DNA of 64,000 nt from Candidatus Latescibacterota bacterium (GTDB lineage: Bacteria > Latescibacterota > UBA2968), in contig OZ242311.1 in NCBI GenBank assembly GCA_965207885.1, positions 2,784,001 to 2,848,000 on the forward strand. The letters are read 5' to 3'. Below, piece after piece: positions 19,275-29,179 of this stretch. Below the pieces are notes generated by a model that searched no databases, had not been told where the DNA came from, and was given only the letters and a program-made list of their open reading frames with translations. Both the position numbers and the translations under genes were made by a program. How positions within the stretch are numbered: the stretch's first letter is position 1; each line of letters starts with the position of its first letter.

Positions 19275-20213
19275 CTATTTCAGCGTCACAACCCCTTTGA
19301 TATAGCTCTCATCACCCGCCAAAATTTGCGCCATCAAAGCAGGATAATCTTCGAGCATTGCCGTATGTGTCACCAGCGGTTTGAGATCAATAATACCTTT
19401 GTGAATAAGGCGAATCGCAGGGCCAAAAGTATCTCGCAATTTTGAAGCCGGCGCGGAATTGACAACGGTAAATCCCCCCAAATGCCACTTCGTGGGATCA
19501 AAAGAGGCGGTCTGACCTTTGAGCCAGCCAAAAAGATTGATGCGCCCGCCGCGTTTCACAATATCGGTAGATAGATCCAGACCGGCCTGACTGCCAGAGG
19601 TATCGACAACCACGTCAATCTCTCTGCTCTTGAGTTCGCGCGATAGTTCTTGTAGATCAGCCTCTGCCGTGTTATACACCTCGCCGACGCCGAGTTGTTG
19701 TGCCAAATCCAGACGGCTTTGAACAATATCCAGAACGATCAAATCGTCGAGAGGATAGCGCAGAAGCCCTTGCAGGATTAACAAGCCCATAAATCCACAG
19801 CCGACGACTACAATGCGATTCCCGGGCAGAATCTGGCAATGGTCAATACCAGTGACGGCACAGGACACGGGTTCGACAATCCAGTATTCGTCCGGCAAAT
19901 CGGATTCCGGAATTTTGAAAACGCGCTGAGCGGATAAGTTGCGGATATTGGCAAAACCACCGCCAGCGACCCGGTCACCCTCTTTGAAATCCGTGACACC
20001 AGCACCGATTTTGGCGATATAACCAACGCCTTCGTGTCCCGGCGGTGCCATGGGATGCATCTGATTGCCGAGTTTGGCCGTAACCACATCCCACGAACAT
20101 ATCCCACACGCGCCGCCTTCAATTTGAACTTCGTTCTCTCCGGGATCGAGCACTTCCCTTTCAAACAGTTCAATACTGCCATCGTCTAAGTAACGAAGCG
20201 TTTTGTTTGACAT
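19275..20213 (-). CDS. Zinc-binding (MDR) dehydrogenase
   Basis: CGICSWD, GHEG, EPVSC, GCGFMG. Confidence 0.85.
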   Translation of the reverse strand: MSNKTLRYLDDGSIELFEREVLDPGENEVQIEGGACGICSWDVVTAKLGNQMHPMAPPGHEGVGYIAKIGAGVTDFKEGDRVAGGGFANIRNLSAQRVFKIPESDLPDEYWIVEPVSCAVTGIDHCQILPGNRIVVVGCGFMGLLILQGLLRYPLDDLIVLDIVQSRLDLAQQLGVGEVYNTAEADLQELSRELKSREIDVVVDTSGSQAGLDLSTDIVKRGGRINLFGWLKGQTASFDPTKWHLGGFTVVNSAPASKLRDTFGPAIRLIHKGIIDLKPLVTHTAMLEDYPALMAQILAGDESYIKGVVTLK

Positions 20214-20229
20214 TGTCTTCTCCTGTTAT

Positions 20230-21156
20230 TTACACACCCCGTTGATCAAACCAGGCGCGGTAAGCCCGCACGCCGGATTCGAGGTCGTATTTGGGTTCGT
20301 AACCGAGTTGGTCTTTGGCAAGGGTAATATCGAGTGGCGCGCCGCGCTCGAGATTGACGCCCGGTCCAACTTCATACCGGGGATTGCCCGGCGAATGCCG
20401 CTGCACGACTTCGATAATTTCGTCAACGGGATTGTACGTACCCGTGGCAATATTAAAAGATCGACTGGCGACATTTGTCGCCCTGAGCATGAGCAAAACA
20501 CCCCGCGCGGCATCTTCGATATAAGTCCAATCGGCCTTTTGCTCGCGGCCTTTGGGCAGACTTACATCCTGTCCACTCAGCCCGGCAAAAATGCGCGTAT
20601 TAAAGCCCGCGTCCGGACCGGGGGCATTGGGAGGACCATATAAAAAAAAGAGGCGAGCACACAGAACATCGACGCCATAAGTCGCATAATACTGGTGGCA
20701 AAGATGTTCCGACATAGCCTTGGTTGCGCCATAGGGATCGCTGGGAATCATGGGCGTGTCTTCCGTCAGCGGTCCGTCTTGCTTGCCATAAACCGCGCCG
20801 CTGGATACATATACCACTTTCAGCCCGCCCACCTGTCGCGCAACTTCGAGAATATTGTGTGTCCCCCCCACATTGACCTGTGTCGCAAAATGGGGATTAT
20901 CGCGCACATCTCCCCCCAAAAGCGCGGCCGTGTGAACAATACCCGTGAGATCCGGATTATTGCGCACAATTTCATTGATATGTGCAAACCCCAGAATATT
21001 GCCTTCAACAAAGGTGATGCGATCAGACACATGTGACAAAAAATCATCGCGCCGTTCGAACATATCAAAAGCGATGACGTCTTCGCCCTCTTCCGCGAGG
21101 AGTTTGGCGACCCATGAACCGACAAAGCCAGAGCCTCCAGTGACGAGAATGGACAT
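20230..21156 (-). CDS. NAD-dependent epimerase/dehydratase (GalE-like)
   Basis: TGGSGFVG, SSGAVYG, YGATK; start at MSILV behind GGAG. Confidence 0.85.
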   Translation of the reverse strand: MSILVTGGSGFVGSWVAKLLAEEGEDVIAFDMFERRDDFLSHVSDRITFVEGNILGFAHINEIVRNNPDLTGIVHTAALLGGDVRDNPHFATQVNVGGTHNILEVARQVGGLKVVYVSSGAVYGKQDGPLTEDTPMIPSDPYGATKAMSEHLCHQYYATYGVDVLCARLFFLYGPPNAPGPDAGFNTRIFAGLSGQDVSLPKGREQKADWTYIEDAARGVLLMLRATNVASRSFNIATGTYNPVDEIIEVVQRHSPGNPRYEVGPGVNLERGAPLDITLAKDQLGYEPKYDLESGVRAYRAWFDQRGV

Positions 21157-21317
21157 ATTAATCTCCAGAAGGGTTAAAAATGACGGTTTTTCGACTCTAT
21201 GATAATTGCCCCCATGGGGGATGTCAACGGCTTTGTGCGAAAGGCTTGACTTTGGCAATGGATTTCGTAACCTCATACGCGACATGTATTCTTATATCAC
21301 TATTACGGAGGACAACA

Positions 21318-22487
21318 ATGGCAACAGTAAAACTAACTGTTCACGCAGGCCCTCACAATCGGATCAACTGTCCGGTTTCAGCGTTGGTCGAAACGCCAGA
21401 AAGCGTGACAACGGCGGCCTTGAGCGCGGGAAATGGCGCAGTTCCCTGTCAGGTGACACCCGCGGGCGATGGTTTGCAGGTCAATTTCATTGTCGAGCAT
21501 CTCGAAGCGGGCAAAACCGCCGAGTACGAACTCACACTGGGAAAAGAACCAGCAGACTCCGGACGCGGTGTAGAAGTCACACAAGGTGAAAATGAAGTAT
21601 CTGTCTCGATTGGCGGCCAGCATTTTACGACCTATTGTCATGGCACAGAACTCGCGCGACCACTTTTGTATCCCGTCATCGGGCCTTATGGCGATCCGGT
21701 AACGCGACGGTTGGCTACGCCAGCAGACGGACGGGAAATGGATCACCATCACCACCGATCAATCTGGATTGCACACGGAGAAGTGAACGGTGCGGACAAC
21801 TGGTCAGAAGGTGAATCTCACGGACGGATCTTGCACCGTGACTTTGAATTGCTCGAAAGCGGACCTGTCCTGGGGCGCATTGTATCAAATAGCGATTGGG
21901 TGGGCATGGATGGTTGGACAGGGCCTCCGGGCAGAAATCGCGAGATTTTGGATCAGCGTGCAGAGTGGGTTGTGTACAACACACCCTCTTCTGTGCGAAT
22001 CATGGATTTGCACCTCACGCTCATCGCCCGAAATATGGATGTGTTATTCGGTGACACAAAAGAAGGCGGTCTGGCGTCTATTCGCGTGGAAGAGACAATG
22101 GAGGTAAAACGCGACCTGGGCGGCAAAATCGAGAACGGCATTGGCGGCATTGATGAAGATGAGACCTGGGGAAAACGCGCGCCGTGGTGCCATTATTCAG
22201 GTCCAGTAAATGGCAATATAACGGGCGTTGCCATCATGGATCATCCCAACAGCTTTCGACATCCCACGCACTGGCACGTACGCAATTACGGGTTGATGAC
22301 AGCCAATCCTTTTGGACACTCGTATTTTTACGGCGATGAAAGCCGGCGTGGGCATCACACACTCTCGCAGGGCGAGTCACTCGTCGGCATTTATCGCTAT
22401 TATTTTCACAAAGGCGACGCCACCGATGGCAATATCCGCGAGCGGTATCACGACTTCGCCCACCCACCGAAGGTTGAACAGGATTGA
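21318..22487 (+). CDS. DUF6807/PF14100 (so-called PmoA-like) protein
   Basis: RPLLYP, DHHHHRSIW, DTKEGG, DHPNS, WHVRNYGLM. Confidence 0.7.
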   Translation: MATVKLTVHAGPHNRINCPVSALVETPESVTTAALSAGNGAVPCQVTPAGDGLQVNFIVEHLEAGKTAEYELTLGKEPADSGRGVEVTQGENEVSVSIGGQHFTTYCHGTELARPLLYPVIGPYGDPVTRRLATPADGREMDHHHHRSIWIAHGEVNGADNWSEGESHGRILHRDFELLESGPVLGRIVSNSDWVGMDGWTGPPGRNREILDQRAEWVVYNTPSSVRIMDLHLTLIARNMDVLFGDTKEGGLASIRVEETMEVKRDLGGKIENGIGGIDEDETWGKRAPWCHYSGPVNGNITGVAIMDHPNSFRHPTHWHVRNYGLMTANPFGHSYFYGDESRRGHHTLSQGESLVGIYRYYFHKGDATDGNIRERYHDFAHPPKVEQD

Positions 22488-22498
22488 AGGAATTAATC

Positions 22499-23278
22499 AT
22501 GGACCTCAATCTCACCAATAAAGTCGCCCTCATCACCGGGGGCAGTCGCGGCATTGGTCGCGCAACCGCATTGCGATTTGCCGCAGAAGGTTGCAACATC
22601 GCCTTGTGTGCGCGCGGGCAAGCGGGCATAGACAAAACACTCGAAGAAATTCGCGCACACGACGTCGAGGCATTCGGACTCGCGCTCGATGTAGCCGAAC
22701 CCGGCGAAACCGAGCGATTCGTCAATGCATCCGCAGATGCTCTCAGCGGCGTTGATATCCTCGTCAACAATGTAGGCGGCACAGCCGGATCGCGCGAACT
22801 GCTCACCTCCACAGACGCCGACTGGCAACAAACCTTTGACCTCAACCTTTTTCACGCGGTTCGCGCCAGCCGCGCAGCTATTCCCCACATGACCAAAAGA
22901 AATGGCGGCAGTATTGTCACCATCTCTTCTATCTCCGGTTGGAAACCCGCAAACAGGGGCGCGCAATACGGCGCAACCAAAGCGGCTGAAATATTTCTCG
23001 CTGGCGCACTCGCGTGGGAATTGGCAGCACACAACATTCGCGTCAACACCGTCTGCCCGGGCTCGCTCCTTTTCCCTGGCGGCGGTTGGGAACGCTTCCA
23101 AAACGAAACACCAGAAGAATACGAAATATTCCGCACGCGCGAATTTCCCACACAGCGACTCGGCACGGACTTTGAAGTCGCCGATGTCGTCGTATTTCTC
23201 TCATCAGACCGCGCGAGTTGGATCAACGGCGCATCCATTCCCGTTGACGGCGCGCAGGGAAGACCCACGGCTTTTTGA
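22499..23278 (+). CDS. Short-chain dehydrogenase/reductase
   Basis: TGGSRGIG, NNVG, YGATK, VDG. Confidence 0.9.
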   Translation: MDLNLTNKVALITGGSRGIGRATALRFAAEGCNIALCARGQAGIDKTLEEIRAHDVEAFGLALDVAEPGETERFVNASADALSGVDILVNNVGGTAGSRELLTSTDADWQQTFDLNLFHAVRASRAAIPHMTKRNGGSIVTISSISGWKPANRGAQYGATKAAEIFLAGALAWELAAHNIRVNTVCPGSLLFPGGGWERFQNETPEEYEIFRTREFPTQRLGTDFEVADVVVFLSSDRASWINGASIPVDGAQGRPTAF

Positions 23279-23303
23279 ATGCAATAAGCTGTTGTACAAT
23301 GAT

Positions 23304-23340
23304 AAATCGGGCATATCAAGTCATACGATATGCCCGATTT
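23304..23340. terminator. 14-bp stem-loop, likely terminator
   Basis: AAATCGGGCATATC / GATATGCCCGATTT right after SDR stop. Confidence 0.7.
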
Positions 23341-23429
23341 CGTGTTTAATAGGTAAATTTAAAGCCTGTGTAAAACTTGAAGGTTGCTATCGCGCAAGAA
23401 ATTTCTCTTGCCCTTTATGAAGTATAAAT

Positions 23430-23455
23430 ATATTTTTAGCTATAACTAAAAATAT
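23430..23455. promoter_or_regulatory. Palindromic operator, DtxR/MntR-like
   Basis: ATATTTTTAG-N6-CTAAAAATAT perfect 10-bp arms in AT-rich leader. Confidence 0.6.
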
Positions 23456-23498
23456 TTTAATTCTTACAAAAATTTAAAATTATATCAGAGTAAAAGTT

Positions 23499-24713
23499 AT
23501 GACTCGCCCTCTCTATTTTTCTGATCTTGCCCGTGGCGTAACGCCCTTTCTCATCTATTTATTATTCGTTGGATGCGGCAAATTGTTAACAACGGCACCT
23601 GATGATACAACAGATGCCCCTATGGACAATCCTCCTTCTATTATGGCGGCATTCGCCCGAGGCGACGAACAATTTGCCCGAATTTTTACCATTTCAGATG
23701 GGTTGGGCCCAATTTTTAATCAGCCGAGTTGTGAGACCTGTCATCCAGGTGATGGTCGAGGCACGCCAGCAACGGCACTGACACGTTTTAGCATTGATGG
23801 AGATCTCGTGCCGACGCTGGGTGGACCGCAACTTCAGGATCGCAGCATTCCCGGGGTAGATCCCGAGACGATTCCACCTGGTGCTGAAACTTCGGTGCGA
23901 ATGCCTCCCCCGGTTTTTGCACGGGGTTTAATGGAGTTTATCCCAGATGAAACAATTATCGCGCTTGCCGATCCCGAAGATGCAGACGGCGATGGGATTT
24001 CCGGACGTGTGAATTGGGTAAAACCACCCGATTTTGTTCCGCCTTATATGAATGGATCAGGACCTGGCATGGCAGTCGGTCGGTTCGGCCTTAAGGCCAA
24101 TGTCGCATCCCTGTTGCACCAGATTGTGGCAGCTTATCACGACGACATAGGTATTACGACTGATTATATACCCGAAGAATCACTACATCCACGGGTAGCT
24201 GATTTGTCTTTGAGCGATATTGCGCCAGACCCCGAGGTACCCGCGACTGAAGTGCTGGATGTATTGATGTACATTCGCACATTGGCTGTGCCCAAACGCG
24301 GCGATATTACCCCTCAGGTTCACCGAGGGGATGCACTTTTCAATCAGATAGGGTGTGCATCTTGCCATGTGCCCGTGTTAAAAACAGGTCCGAGCGAAAT
24401 ACCCTCTCTCAATTTTGTTGACGCGCCGCTTTATACTGATATGCTGTTGCACGACATGGGGCCAGGTCTAGCTGACAACAGAGCCGATTGGACTGCCAAT
24501 GGACGCGAGTGGCGCACTCCTCCTCTTGTGGGTTTGCGCCTGGCAGCTGATAATTTGGGTGGCACCGTTCACTATTTGCACGATGGCCGCACAACCAATT
24601 TGAGTGAAGCTATTTTGACGCATGGCGGCGAAGCACAGGCTTCACGCGAGCGGTTTGCGGGATTGAGCGCAGAGGATAAAGAAGCACTGCTTGCGTTTTT
24701 GCTTTCGCTATAG
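23499..24713 (+). CDS. DHOR-family di-haem oxidoreductase lipoprotein
   Basis: Lipobox-like FVGC; CETCH and CASCH; DGLGP, DPEDADGDGISGR, LLHDMG, WRTPPL, HDGR. Confidence 0.9.
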   Translation: MTRPLYFSDLARGVTPFLIYLLFVGCGKLLTTAPDDTTDAPMDNPPSIMAAFARGDEQFARIFTISDGLGPIFNQPSCETCHPGDGRGTPATALTRFSIDGDLVPTLGGPQLQDRSIPGVDPETIPPGAETSVRMPPPVFARGLMEFIPDETIIALADPEDADGDGISGRVNWVKPPDFVPPYMNGSGPGMAVGRFGLKANVASLLHQIVAAYHDDIGITTDYIPEESLHPRVADLSLSDIAPDPEVPATEVLDVLMYIRTLAVPKRGDITPQVHRGDALFNQIGCASCHVPVLKTGPSEIPSLNFVDAPLYTDMLLHDMGPGLADNRADWTANGREWRTPPLVGLRLAADNLGGTVHYLHDGRTTNLSEAILTHGGEAQASRERFAGLSAEDKEALLAFLLSL

Positions 24714-24724
24714 GCACTATTATT

Positions 24725-25159
24725 ATGAGTCGATCCGAATGCGAATCTCATCTGACGCGTCGCGAGTTCCTGGCGACTTCACATGTGCTGGTTGCCAGTG
24801 TGGCTTCTGCGTGTGCAACCGCGTCTGTTTACCGGATTGGCACTACAGATGGTCGGGTACTGATCAATCCGACAGACTACCCCGAACTGAGACATTCGGG
24901 AGGGATGATTCAGCTTCGTGTCAATGGGATTGCAGATCCTCTCATCCTTATCCGACAAAAAGACGCTTATCAGACGTTTTCAGCTGTTTGCACGCACTTG
25001 CGCTGTTTTGTTAGACCCTCAAGCCACTTCCTATTGTGTCCCTGTCATGGATCGATGTTTGATTTGGAAGGCAATGCCGTTCGCGGTCCTGCAGACCAAC
25101 CTCTGGCGCGTTATAAAACAAAAATGTCTGCTGAAGGCATTGAGATTTCTATTGGATAA
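24725..25159 (+). CDS. Tat-exported Rieske [2Fe-2S] protein
   Basis: TRREFL; CTHLRC and CPCHGS. Confidence 0.9.
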   Translation: MSRSECESHLTRREFLATSHVLVASVASACATASVYRIGTTDGRVLINPTDYPELRHSGGMIQLRVNGIADPLILIRQKDAYQTFSAVCTHLRCFVRPSSHFLLCPCHGSMFDLEGNAVRGPADQPLARYKTKMSAEGIEISIG

Positions 25160-25172
25160 AGGCGGTATAGTG

Positions 25173-26348
25173 ATGAAACGACTCTGTCAATCTTTGTTGG
25201 CATTGGCCATTTGTTTGGGTGCGCGTGTCGATGCCCAAACAGAAGATGAAAACGCACCACCACCCTTTGTAAAAGGTGGATCTTACGACAAACCCCATCT
25301 GTTTAAGCTCGCTTCAGGTAGGGCAAATTTTGGTGGATATGCCGAGGCGCATTTTCGATTTGAGAAGACAAATGGTATTGTGGAAGAGCGCACATTTGTC
25401 CCCAAGCGGTTCAATATGTTTTTTCACTCTTTTGTATCTGAGCGTTTCAGGATGGCGGCTGAGTTGGAGTTTGAGGAAGGTACTGAGGAGATTTTGCTCG
25501 AGTTGGCTATTCTCGATTTTGAACTTCATCCAGCCCTCACATTTCGAGCAGGCATGTTGCTCTCGCCGCTGGGAAAATTCAATTTGGCCCACGATAGCCC
25601 ATCCAATAAGATGACAGATCGCCCCCTGGTGAGTACCCAGATCATTCCAACGGCGTTATCAGAACCCGGCGCAGGGATTTTTGGCGCATTTTATCCTTCA
25701 CCTTCAACGCGCCTGACGTATGAGCTGTATGCTGTAAATGGTCTGGATAGTGATCTGGTAGGAGAGAGCGATGAGGGGACGCGCATTGCCGAAGGACGCC
25801 ATAATGTCGAAGACAACAATAACAGCCCGGCACTTACCGGACGATTAGGCATTAGCCCAATACCCAAAGCAGATTTTGGGATCTCTTTTCACCGGGGGCA
25901 ATATAACACGACGTTTTTAGAAGATATTTCGATAGATGAAGCCCGACATGTGACGATTTTTGCACTCGACGCTGATTATGCGTGGAACGCGTTTCAATTT
26001 TTGGGAGAATACGCTCGGGCATCCATAGATCTGCCTCCTGGATTGATTGGATCGATTTATGCGTCCAGGCAGCAAGGTTTTTATATTCAAGGTAGTGCAT
26101 CGTTTTTCAAAGATGCACTACCGACGATTCCAGATGGTTATTTTGAAGGTGTTGTTCGCTGCGATTGGGTCGATTTTGATGCCGACCTGGTAGGGGATCA
26201 CCAAACACGCCTGACCTTGGGGCTCAACTTCAGACCTTCACCGGATTCGGTATTCAAATTCAACTATCTCTACAATTGGAGCCGCGATCGCAACAATGTC
26301 GAAGAACCTGGTGCGGGTGTACTGTGCAGTGTTGCGACATATTTTTAG
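25173..26348 (+). CDS. Outer-membrane beta-barrel porin (OprO/P-like)
   Basis: Signal peptide, alternating beta strands, C-terminal YF. Confidence 0.7.
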   Translation: MKRLCQSLLALAICLGARVDAQTEDENAPPPFVKGGSYDKPHLFKLASGRANFGGYAEAHFRFEKTNGIVEERTFVPKRFNMFFHSFVSERFRMAAELEFEEGTEEILLELAILDFELHPALTFRAGMLLSPLGKFNLAHDSPSNKMTDRPLVSTQIIPTALSEPGAGIFGAFYPSPSTRLTYELYAVNGLDSDLVGESDEGTRIAEGRHNVEDNNNSPALTGRLGISPIPKADFGISFHRGQYNTTFLEDISIDEARHVTIFALDADYAWNAFQFLGEYARASIDLPPGLIGSIYASRQQGFYIQGSASFFKDALPTIPDGYFEGVVRCDWVDFDADLVGDHQTRLTLGLNFRPSPDSVFKFNYLYNWSRDRNNVEEPGAGVLCSVATYF

Positions 26349-26430
26349 AACTTTGTGATTTTTCAGGTGTTGCTTATATTAAACATATGTTGCGGACAGC
26401 ATTACTGACCCTGTCACAAGGAAAGACATC

Positions 26431-28356
26431 ATGTCTCTTCTCGAAACGATCAATTCACCTGACGACTTAAAGTCCCTGTCAATAGAAGAATTGCACCAGG
26501 TCTGTGCGGAATTGCGGCAATATATCATTGACGTAGTGACTGAGATTGGTGGACATTTTGGATCCAGCCTGGGGGCGGCAGAATTGACGGTGGCTTTGCA
26601 CCATCTATACAACACGCCTCAGGACAAAATTGTGTGGGATGTGGGGCATCAGGCGTACGGGCACAAAGTGCTTACCGGGCGGCGCGAAGCACTCAAAACC
26701 ATTCGCCAGCCGGGCGGCATTAGCGGGTTCCCGATGCGATCAGAGAGCCCGTACGACACATTTGCCGTGGGACATGCGGGCACATCGATCTCCGCAGCAC
26801 TGGGATTTGCGACACAGCGCGATTTGATGGGCGAAAAGCACAAAGTAGTCGCCGTTATTGGCGACGGCGCCATAACAAGCGGAATCGCGCTTGAGGGATT
26901 GAACAATGCCGGTGCATCCAATCGCGATCTGCTGGTCATTCTCAATGACAATCGCATGTCAATCTCGCCCAATGTCGGTGCTATTTCGCATTATTTGACG
27001 CGCATTATCACCGATCCGATTTACAATCGCGTGAGAGATCGGATCACAAACGATCCGCTTTACAAAAAAATCAAAAGAGAAGTCTGGAATTTGGCCGGAC
27101 GCATTCCCGTCGTAGGCGAAAATCTGCGCCGCGCGCTGAGCGGATTCGAAGAGGGATTAAAGGGCCTGCTGGTACCGGGTATTCTTTTTGAAGAACTGGG
27201 ATTTTTGTACCTGGGACCTCTGGATGGCAATGATCTGGAAGAGATGGTAAAAACCCTGAAAAATGTGCGGGATCTGAAGGGCCCTGTGCTATTACACGTA
27301 CACACCATCAAGGGCAAGGGCGCAATTCAAGAAGATGAGGAAGACCCGTATGGTGCCGATTCGATAAAATATCACTCGATCAGCCCGCCATCGCCCAAGA
27401 CGCCGCTGCCCAAATATCAGACGGTTTTTGGCGAGGCAATGATCGAGCTTGCCAATAATGACAGCCGCATTGTAGGCGTAACAGCCGCGATGTCCGAAGG
27501 CACGAGTCTGGATATTTTTTCCGAAGCGCATCCCGACCGCTTTTTTGATGTCGGCATTGCCGAACAGCACGCCGTGACATTTTCAACCGGAATGGCGCTT
27601 GAGGGCATGCGCCCCGTCGCAGCGATTTATTCCACCTTCTTGCAACGGGCTTACGACCAGATCATCCACGATGTCGCCCTGCAATCGGCACCGGTGATTT
27701 TCTGTATGGATCGCGCCGGACTGGTGGGTGCAGATGGTCCCACGCATCACGGCGATTTTGATCTGTCCTACTTAACCTGTGTGCCCAATATGATCGTAAG
27801 CGCGCCAAAAGACGGCGACGAATTGCGCGATTTGTTATACACGGCGGTGCAGCAAGTTGATAACCCATTTGCCATTCGGTATCCCCGCGGCAACGTGCAT
27901 ACCCCGCTTACAGGGCGCGAACCCGAAGTCTTGAAAATCGGTTCGTGGGAGGCATTGGCCGATGGCGAGGATCTGGTATTCCTCGCAGTAGGCACAATGG
28001 TAGATCACGCCTGCCAGGCGCGAGAAAAACTCCTGGAAGCTGGCATCTCTGCCGCTGTGATCAATTGCCGATTTGTCAAACCCATGGACCTGGAAATGCT
28101 CGACGATCTGGCCGACCGCTATCAGGTGTTGATCACCGTTGAAGAAAATACCATCGAAGGCGGGTTCGGATCGGGCGTTGCGCGCTATTTGAGCGACCAG
28201 ATGCGAGAGGGCCAGCGCATACACACCCTGGGCATTCCCGATCGCTTTTTCCAACACGGTTCACAGGGCGCGCTGCGCGACGAAGCGGGCATCTCACCCG
28301 AAGCAATTGCCGCAACTGCCCAGCGCGTTGTTGCGCGAGAACCCGTTGAATATTGA
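26431..28356 (+). CDS. dxs: 1-deoxy-D-xylulose-5-phosphate synthase
   Basis: WDVGHQAY, GDGA...LNDN, FDVGIAEQHA, DRAGLVGADGPTH, IRYPRG. Confidence 0.97.
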   Translation: MSLLETINSPDDLKSLSIEELHQVCAELRQYIIDVVTEIGGHFGSSLGAAELTVALHHLYNTPQDKIVWDVGHQAYGHKVLTGRREALKTIRQPGGISGFPMRSESPYDTFAVGHAGTSISAALGFATQRDLMGEKHKVVAVIGDGAITSGIALEGLNNAGASNRDLLVILNDNRMSISPNVGAISHYLTRIITDPIYNRVRDRITNDPLYKKIKREVWNLAGRIPVVGENLRRALSGFEEGLKGLLVPGILFEELGFLYLGPLDGNDLEEMVKTLKNVRDLKGPVLLHVHTIKGKGAIQEDEEDPYGADSIKYHSISPPSPKTPLPKYQTVFGEAMIELANNDSRIVGVTAAMSEGTSLDIFSEAHPDRFFDVGIAEQHAVTFSTGMALEGMRPVAAIYSTFLQRAYDQIIHDVALQSAPVIFCMDRAGLVGADGPTHHGDFDLSYLTCVPNMIVSAPKDGDELRDLLYTAVQQVDNPFAIRYPRGNVHTPLTGREPEVLKIGSWEALADGEDLVFLAVGTMVDHACQAREKLLEAGISAAVINCRFVKPMDLEMLDDLADRYQVLITVEENTIEGGFGSGVARYLSDQMREGQRIHTLGIPDRFFQHGSQGALRDEAGISPEAIAATAQRVVAREPVEY

Positions 28357-28373
28357 GCGGAGATAAAAAATAA

Positions 28374-29048
28374 ATGCCTAAACCATACCAGGCCGTCATA
28401 TTTGATATGGACGGCCTGATAGTTGATACGGAAAATATTTATTACAACACCTATAACCAGACACTCAACGAGTTGGGGATTGACATACCGCGCGAAGGTT
28501 ATGTGCGCTGTGTTGGACATCCCGTGGAAAACAACAGCGCAGACGCCGTCAAACGCTACGACTTGCCGATCCGTCCCGAAGACTTCCACGAAGCCTGGAT
28601 GACCCGATTTGAAACCGCGATCGCAGACCCCGATCAAATCGACCTCATGCCCGGCTTTCTCGACCTGCTATCACACCTTCAAAACAAACACTACAAACTC
28701 GGCATCGCATCATCCACGCCGCGCCAGCGCATGCGCGCCACACTTCAAAACGGCGTCTTGCCCCATGTCAATGCCAGCGCGCTCCACGACATTTTTGGGG
28801 CTATTTTTTCGGGCAGCGACGTCACCCGCACCAAACCCGACCCGGAAATCTACCTCAAAACCGCCGCAAAACTCAATGTTTCTCCCGAAACCTGTGTCGT
28901 ATTTGAAGACAGTGCTGCAGGCGTCCAATCTGGAAAAGCCGCTGGCATGACAGTCTTCGCCGTACCCAATTTCTTCACTGCACATCAAAACCACGACAGC
29001 GCCGACCGCATACTCCCCCGCCTCGACGCGGCAATTGCGGTATTGTGA
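28374..29048 (+). CDS. HAD-IA phosphatase (beta-PGM/CbbY-like)
   Basis: FDMDG, KPDP, FEDS. Confidence 0.88.
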   Translation: MPKPYQAVIFDMDGLIVDTENIYYNTYNQTLNELGIDIPREGYVRCVGHPVENNSADAVKRYDLPIRPEDFHEAWMTRFETAIADPDQIDLMPGFLDLLSHLQNKHYKLGIASSTPRQRMRATLQNGVLPHVNASALHDIFGAIFSGSDVTRTKPDPEIYLKTAAKLNVSPETCVVFEDSAAGVQSGKAAGMTVFAVPNFFTAHQNHDSADRILPRLDAAIAVL

Positions 29049-29114
29049 GGCAGCGATCAGCGGTCAGCTATCAGCCTCAGCCCCCACCGCCCCCTTCGCT
29101 CTTCGTCGTAGCAT

Positions 29115-29138
29115 TCGCGGCAAGGATGCCGCTCCTAC
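29115..29138 (-). repeat. GTAG-type REP-like palindrome
   Basis: GTAGGAGCGGCATCCTTGCCGCGA: GTAG head plus GCGGCA/TGCCGC stem. Confidence 0.6.
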
Positions 29139-29179
29139 GGCGTAATTATTCATACTTCTCCCTTCACACTTCACACTTC

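Noticed and set aside
21318-22487. Methane monooxygenase PmoA
   Set aside because: Soluble DUF6807-type protein; no TM helices and no pmoB or pmoC.
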